From Candidatus Iainarchaeum sp. (GTDB lineage: Archaea; Iainarchaeota; Iainarchaeia; Iainarchaeales; CSSED10-239): 32,000 bases of DNA. The position numbers and the translations under genes were made by a program. Under the pieces are notes generated by a model. The model saw nothing but the letters and a program-made list of their open reading frames with translations. It was not told where the DNA came from and did no database searches. The DNA lies in NCBI GenBank assembly GCA_037441475.1, contig JBBISB010000001.1, positions 517,465 to 549,464 on the forward strand, given 5' to 3'. Positions 27,567 through 32,000 of the stretch are shown in pieces. Position 1 is the first letter of the stretch. Each line of letters begins with the position of its first letter.

Positions 27567-28424
27567 ATGATCTTTAATAAAGTAACTCCTCAACAGTTCA
27601 TTAATAATGTTGAGAGTGTAGTAAATCTTGAAAAGAACCAGTTAAACTCTGCTCTTGAAAAAGAAAGCATAAAAAGTAAGGCAATTAAATTTACATTATC
27701 TGCAACTGACGAGCAACTTAAAAAATATTTAAAAAATTTTACTTCAAAAGAACTTCTGCAAGTCTTTAATGATTTTAAGGCCCTTAACTACAATCAAAAG
27801 AATCTTTTTTTAAATGTCTTAAACTACAATTCTCTTTACCACTCAAACAACAAAGAATCTACTTTCTTCATGCATACCTTAGATAAAGAGATTTGGAGAA
27901 TTAAAAAAGGTTTATTAAACACCAACATGCTTTTTCAAACACATCGAAAAGAATGTAAACATACTCTGTCTGGTTTTATAAGAGCCTTTAAAACAAACTC
28001 AATTTTCACAACAAAAATAACTATTGATGGAGAGGTAAGAAGAGTTTTTGTAAAAAACGAGATTGGTTCTCTAAAAGAAAAAGGAAATGTAGGGTACCAT
28101 CATCTTATCCTTGATCCAAAGGATATGCATATCTATAACCTTAGTATGATATCAGGAATAACACCTACGAGAATGACTTTAAAGGAAATCTCTAAACTTA
28201 AATTAAATAGTAAAGAAAGACTATTAAGTCTTGATTTTAATCATCTTCAAAAACAAATTCCAAACTACTCTATTGTTAAGTTTAATATTAAAAAAGAAAT
28301 GCAAGAGTACCTTAAAAGATACTCAAAAGGAATTAAAGATGCTAGAAGAGAGCATCATGAAAATTTATCTATATCAAAAGTTAAGTCTAGTAAAAAACCA
28401 TTACTTAAATTTTTTAAAAAATAA
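27567..28424 (+). CDS. Hypothetical protein
   Basis: Uninterrupted 285-aa ORF closely following the KH gene, with no family recognised. Confidence 0.7.
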   Translation: MIFNKVTPQQFINNVESVVNLEKNQLNSALEKESIKSKAIKFTLSATDEQLKKYLKNFTSKELLQVFNDFKALNYNQKNLFLNVLNYNSLYHSNNKESTFFMHTLDKEIWRIKKGLLNTNMLFQTHRKECKHTLSGFIRAFKTNSIFTTKITIDGEVRRVFVKNEIGSLKEKGNVGYHHLILDPKDMHIYNLSMISGITPTRMTLKEISKLKLNSKERLLSLDFNHLQKQIPNYSIVKFNIKKEMQEYLKRYSKGIKDARREHHENLSISKVKSSKKPLLKFFKK

Positions 28425-28425
28425 T

Positions 28426-30531
28426 TTATTTTTCTTCCATCTCTATTTTTAGAATATCCAAGTAACCAGTAAACTCATTTTCCATTATTGGGTTTGCACT
28501 TGTTATCCTTATTTTTTTTTTAAACAAAGGAGCATCCAAAACAATTGTCTCATACTCCCCTCCTTCTCCAGCAACATTTATTCCTTTTTTTTTGTTAATT
28601 ATCTTAAGATCAATTAAGTCCTCTTTAGTAAGTTTTTTTCCAAGCCAGGTGTCGTTTAAACCATACCCTGCAACCTTAACTATGATTACTTCAAATTTAT
28701 TATCTAACATCTCTTGGAAAACACCCTCTTGTGTCTTGTTCCAAAGAGGAGAAAACATTCTTAAGCCAAGTTCATTACATATCTCTTGTATCCTCTCTCT
28801 TTGATAATTACTTTTAATAGCTCCAGTAATTATTCCTTGAAGGGAGTATTTTTCTTTAGCCTTTAAGATTAGTTTCTTAAGGTCCTTAAGCTCTTCTTCC
28901 TTTATCCCTTTTGTCTTTTGTAAAACAAATGGTACCTCTAAGGCTTGTGATTGAAGAGAGAGTATCTTATCATCTACTTTTTGAAACATGTAGGAGTCTG
29001 GGTTTTCAGTCATCATTGTCATAAGGCAAGATATCTTATAGTTTTGTTTTGCCATTATGTGAAAGGCAAGGTTTGAGTCCTTTCCTCCTGAGAAAAGACA
29101 TCCTAGGTTTAGGTTTTCTTTTTTAGATACTTCTTTTAAAAATTCGCTCTTTTTTAATTTTTTTTCTTTAGATATTTTTTCAATCATTTTATCAAATCCA
29201 CTTCCATATTGTGCTGCTGTTTTTTTTCTCTGGTAATCTTCTTTTAGAAGATTTATTTTTTTTCCAATTTTTCTTAAAACCACTTTATTTTCTTCATTGT
29301 TTATTTTTTCTTTTTCTTCAAGTAAAAAAGATTCTTCAATAACCTCTTTATCAAGGTATGGTAATCTTACCTCTATGTTGTTGTTCGTACAAACAACGTC
29401 CTCTCTATAAAGATCATTTTCATGCATTTGGTATAACAGGTTTATGCTGTCTTTTAAAACATCAGTTGATTCTTTAAACCTCGAGTATCCTGCAAACAAC
29501 TCATCTGCACCAAGTCCAGAGAATATAACCTTTGCTCCATCCTCTCTTGCTTTTAAAGAGGCAAAGTATATAGGTAAGGACACTCCTATTTTTATAGGGT
29601 TTGATGACTCTATTTTTTCAACAAGTAAAGGAATTGTCTCTTCAATTTCTTTTTTATTTACTTTTATTTTTTCAACCTTAAAGCCATACTCCTTCTCTGT
29701 TCTTAAAACATTTGAAAGGTCCTTTGGGTCTATTACATTCCCTGCATATGCAAAATATCCTTTGAAAGGTATGTTGTTGTCTTTTAATATTTTTGAAATT
29801 AAAAGGGAGTCAAGACCTGAACTATAAAGCACAGCAAGCTTTTGTTTTTCAGGAACTCTTAAAAGAACTGCTTGTTTAATCTTTTCATACATCTTTTCTG
29901 TTGTTGTCTTTTTCTTTTCTATTTTATAGAAAGGTATTTTCTTAAAAGTGATTTTGTTTTTTAAAACTTCATAAAAAAGTTCTTTTCTAGGATCAAGAAA
30001 CTGAATGTTTTTAAAACCAATTTTTTCTAAAACCTTTTTTTCAGAGGCAAAGCCAAAAGATTTATTTTCTAAGGAAAACCATAGTGGCTTAATCCCAAGA
30101 AGATCTCTTCTTAGGTATATTTTATTTCCATCATAAAAGCAAACAGCATATGGTCCATTCATCTCTTCAAATATCTTAAAACCAATCTTCTCTATTCCCT
30201 TAATAATAAAGTCAGAGTCATTTTTAACCTTAATCTTATATTTTAAAGAAAGTTCTTTGTAATTATAGATCTCACAGTTTGAAACAAGTACTTTTCCTTT
30301 ATGTACTATTGGTTGAGATACATTTCCTGTTATAGAAAGTAAGTTATGTGCAAAAACAACACCTGTAGATATGTTTTCTTTATTAAAGTTGTTAATCTCC
30401 TTAGAATAAACACACCTACCATTAAAGTAAACTCCATTATTATCCAAACCTCTTTTTTCTAATATCTTAAGGGAGGCAATAATCTTTTCTTTACTTTCAG
30501 GGACATTAACCAGTCCAATTATTGAGCACAT
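28426..30531 (-). CDS. Fusion protein: glutamine-dependent asparagine synthetase-like module plus diphthine-ammonia ligase (DPH6)-like module
   Basis: MCSIIGLV (Cys2 Ntn glutaminase), AVLYSSGLDS PP-loop, VIFSGLGADELFAGYSRF, then a second PP-loop LGCLFSGGKDSNLAFHIM and 'INVAGEGGEYETIVLDAPLFKKKI', characteristic of the DPH6/ATP-binding (PF01902) family. Confidence 0.9.
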   Translation of the reverse strand: MCSIIGLVNVPESKEKIIASLKILEKRGLDNNGVYFNGRCVYSKEINNFNKENISTGVVFAHNLLSITGNVSQPIVHKGKVLVSNCEIYNYKELSLKYKIKVKNDSDFIIKGIEKIGFKIFEEMNGPYAVCFYDGNKIYLRRDLLGIKPLWFSLENKSFGFASEKKVLEKIGFKNIQFLDPRKELFYEVLKNKITFKKIPFYKIEKKKTTTEKMYEKIKQAVLLRVPEKQKLAVLYSSGLDSLLISKILKDNNIPFKGYFAYAGNVIDPKDLSNVLRTEKEYGFKVEKIKVNKKEIEETIPLLVEKIESSNPIKIGVSLPIYFASLKAREDGAKVIFSGLGADELFAGYSRFKESTDVLKDSINLLYQMHENDLYREDVVCTNNNIEVRLPYLDKEVIEESFLLEEKEKINNEENKVVLRKIGKKINLLKEDYQRKKTAAQYGSGFDKMIEKISKEKKLKKSEFLKEVSKKENLNLGCLFSGGKDSNLAFHIMAKQNYKISCLMTMMTENPDSYMFQKVDDKILSLQSQALEVPFVLQKTKGIKEEELKDLKKLILKAKEKYSLQGIITGAIKSNYQRERIQEICNELGLRMFSPLWNKTQEGVFQEMLDNKFEVIIVKVAGYGLNDTWLGKKLTKEDLIDLKIINKKKGINVAGEGGEYETIVLDAPLFKKKIRITSANPIMENEFTGYLDILKIEMEEK

Positions 30532-30546
30532 GTTTTAATGATTAGT

Positions 30547-30654
30547 TTTTTAATATTTATTTTAATATAATATATTTTAATATAATATATTTTAATATTT
30601 ATTTTAATATAATATATTTTAATATTTATTTTAATATAATATATTTTAATATAA
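30547..30654. repeat. Composite AT-rich tandem repeat array of two units
   Basis: Units TTTTAATATTTA (12) and TTTTAATATAATATA (15) in the order 12-15-15-12-15-12-15-(partial). Confidence 0.9.
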
Positions 30655-30786
30655 CAAGTAAGGTATATATACTTATTGTTACAAATATACTTTAATACTT
30701 CTTATTTTTAAAAAAAGAATAAGCAGGTAAGCTTTTTAAATCTTTTTAACTATATTACATATATAAATATATTTTAGTGATACTTT

Positions 30787-32000
30787 ATGAGTGATGAAAA
30801 ACAAACAAAACAAGAAACTCAAGTTTCAAAAGACGGAATTGATGCAAATGTTCTTTTCTCTGAGTTTAAGGAACATTCAGTAGCTGATTTTTTTAAAAAA
30901 AATAGACAGATGTTAGGTCTTTATGGAAAACAAAGAACCTTAACCACAATAATACATGAACTTGTAACAAACTCCTTAGATGCTTGTGAAGAAGCAGGTA
31001 TCTTACCTGAAATTGAAGTTAAGATATCAGAGATTGGAGAGGAATACTATGAAATCTCTGTTATGGACAATGGTCCTGGTATACCAGAAAGCAAAATTGG
31101 TTCTGCTTTAGGTAAATTACTTGCAGGTACAAAGTTTCATAGGCTTGTTCAAACAAGAGGACAACAGGGTATCGGTGTTTCTGGAATTATTTTATTTTCA
31201 CAAATAACAACTGGTAAACCTACAAAAGTAATATCAGGTACCTCAAAAGAAAAAGCAGTTTTCTTAGAAATAACCATTGACTCTAAAACAAACTCTCCAA
31301 AAATGACAAATAAAGTATATTTAGAAAAGAAGTTTAGAGGAACAGCAATAAAAGCTAAGTTTAAAGAGATCCAGTATAAGAAAGGGCAAGGCTCTGTTGA
31401 TGAATACTTAAGAAGAACAGCAATCTCAAACCCACATGCAACCATACTTTTTGAAGACCCTTTCCAAGAGGTTACAAAGTATGAAAGAATAATTAAAAAT
31501 TTACCAAAAATACCTCAACAAGTAAAACCACATCCAAGAGGAGTTACAGTTGATGAAATGTTATCTCTTGCAAGATACACTCCAGCAAGAAAAGTATCCT
31601 CTTACCTAATGCTTGCCTTTGATAGGTTTGGTCAAACAGCAGTTGATTCTATCTCAAAGATGATACATTTTGATATTAATAAAGATCCTAAAAAATTAAC
31701 CTGGGAGGAAGCTGAAGAAATTGTTGCTGCTATAAAGCAAACAAAATTTATAGCTCCAAACACAAACAATCTTGTTCCTATAGGTGAAGATTTTGTTGAA
31801 AAGTCCTTAAGAACAATTGTTGAACCTGAGTTTTGTTTTGTATACACAAGAAAACCAGCTGTCTATAAAGGAGGGTATGCCTTCCAAGTAGAGGTTGCTG
31901 TTGCTTTCGGTGGAAATGCAGGACGTTTAGTAAGTGTCTCTTCTCCAAAGGCAAAGAACAGAAAAGATGATGTTGATCAAACTGATGAAACAAAGGAAGT
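30787..32000 (+). CDS. top6B: Type II DNA topoisomerase VI subunit B (5' part, runs off window)
   Basis: 'HELVTNSLDACEEAG', 'VMDNGPGIP', 'QTRGQQGIGVSGIILFSQITTGKP'. Open to the window end. Confidence 0.95.
   Translation, partial: MSDEKQTKQETQVSKDGIDANVLFSEFKEHSVADFFKKNRQMLGLYGKQRTLTTIIHELVTNSLDACEEAGILPEIEVKISEIGEEYYEISVMDNGPGIPESKIGSALGKLLAGTKFHRLVQTRGQQGIGVSGIILFSQITTGKPTKVISGTSKEKAVFLEITIDSKTNSPKMTNKVYLEKKFRGTAIKAKFKEIQYKKGQGSVDEYLRRTAISNPHATILFEDPFQEVTKYERIIKNLPKIPQQVKPHPRGVTVDEMLSLARYTPARKVSSYLMLAFDRFGQTAVDSISKMIHFDINKDPKKLTWEEAEEIVAAIKQTKFIAPNTNNLVPIGEDFVEKSLRTIVEPEFCFVYTRKPAVYKGGYAFQVEVAVAFGGNAGRLVSVSSPKAKNRKDDVDQTDETKE

Noticed and set aside
28592-29827. Plus-strand ORFs inside the AsnB-DPH6 gene
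   Set aside because: Antisense to conserved PP-loop enzyme motifs.
30547-30654. Possible CRISPR array
   Set aside because: The repeats are contiguous 12- and 15-mers with no unique spacers and no nearby cas genes.
31149-31993. Minus-strand ORFs inside top6B
   Set aside because: Antisense to the open top6B frame, which is missing from the ORF track only because it runs off the window.

Overview
The window is an AT-rich archaeal chromosome segment with DPANN-like gene content and lacks any rRNA, tRNA or CRISPR array that I can support. The conserved core includes a type II/IV secretion-type ATPase, an RPA-like OB-fold protein, a CorA-like transporter and MCM. A presenilin/SPP-like protease, aIF2-beta, a DUF424 protein, aIF1A, Rio1 kinase, a Pno1/Dim2-like KH protein and the 5' part of topoisomerase VI-B follow. 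Accessory content includes two AAA_14/DUF4143-type ATPases, an AbiEi/AbiEii-like pair whose toxin gene is broken, a RHH/RelE-like pair, a split nucleotidyltransferase gene, a glycosyltransferase/methyltransferase island, and two tandem cold-shock-domain genes (one frameshifted). The strongest findings are: (1) a 27-nt near-perfect duplication of the MCM 3' end, including the stop codon, flanking a 1.4-kb segment that carries one ATPase gene, which looks like a 3'-end-restoring insertion with a synonymous codon difference and a displaced terminator-like hairpin; (2) a single ORF joining a glutamine-dependent asparagine-synthetase-like module to a diphthine-ammonia-ligase (DPH6)-like module; (3) a ~630-bp tandem duplication of a cold-shock gene with a conserved long 5' leader; (4) a composite 12/15-bp AT repeat array between the AsnB-DPH6 gene and top6B; (5) several ORFs broken at short homopolymers, which may be sequencing error, phase variation or decay; (6) tandem inverted-repeat operator candidates upstream of the first ATPase.
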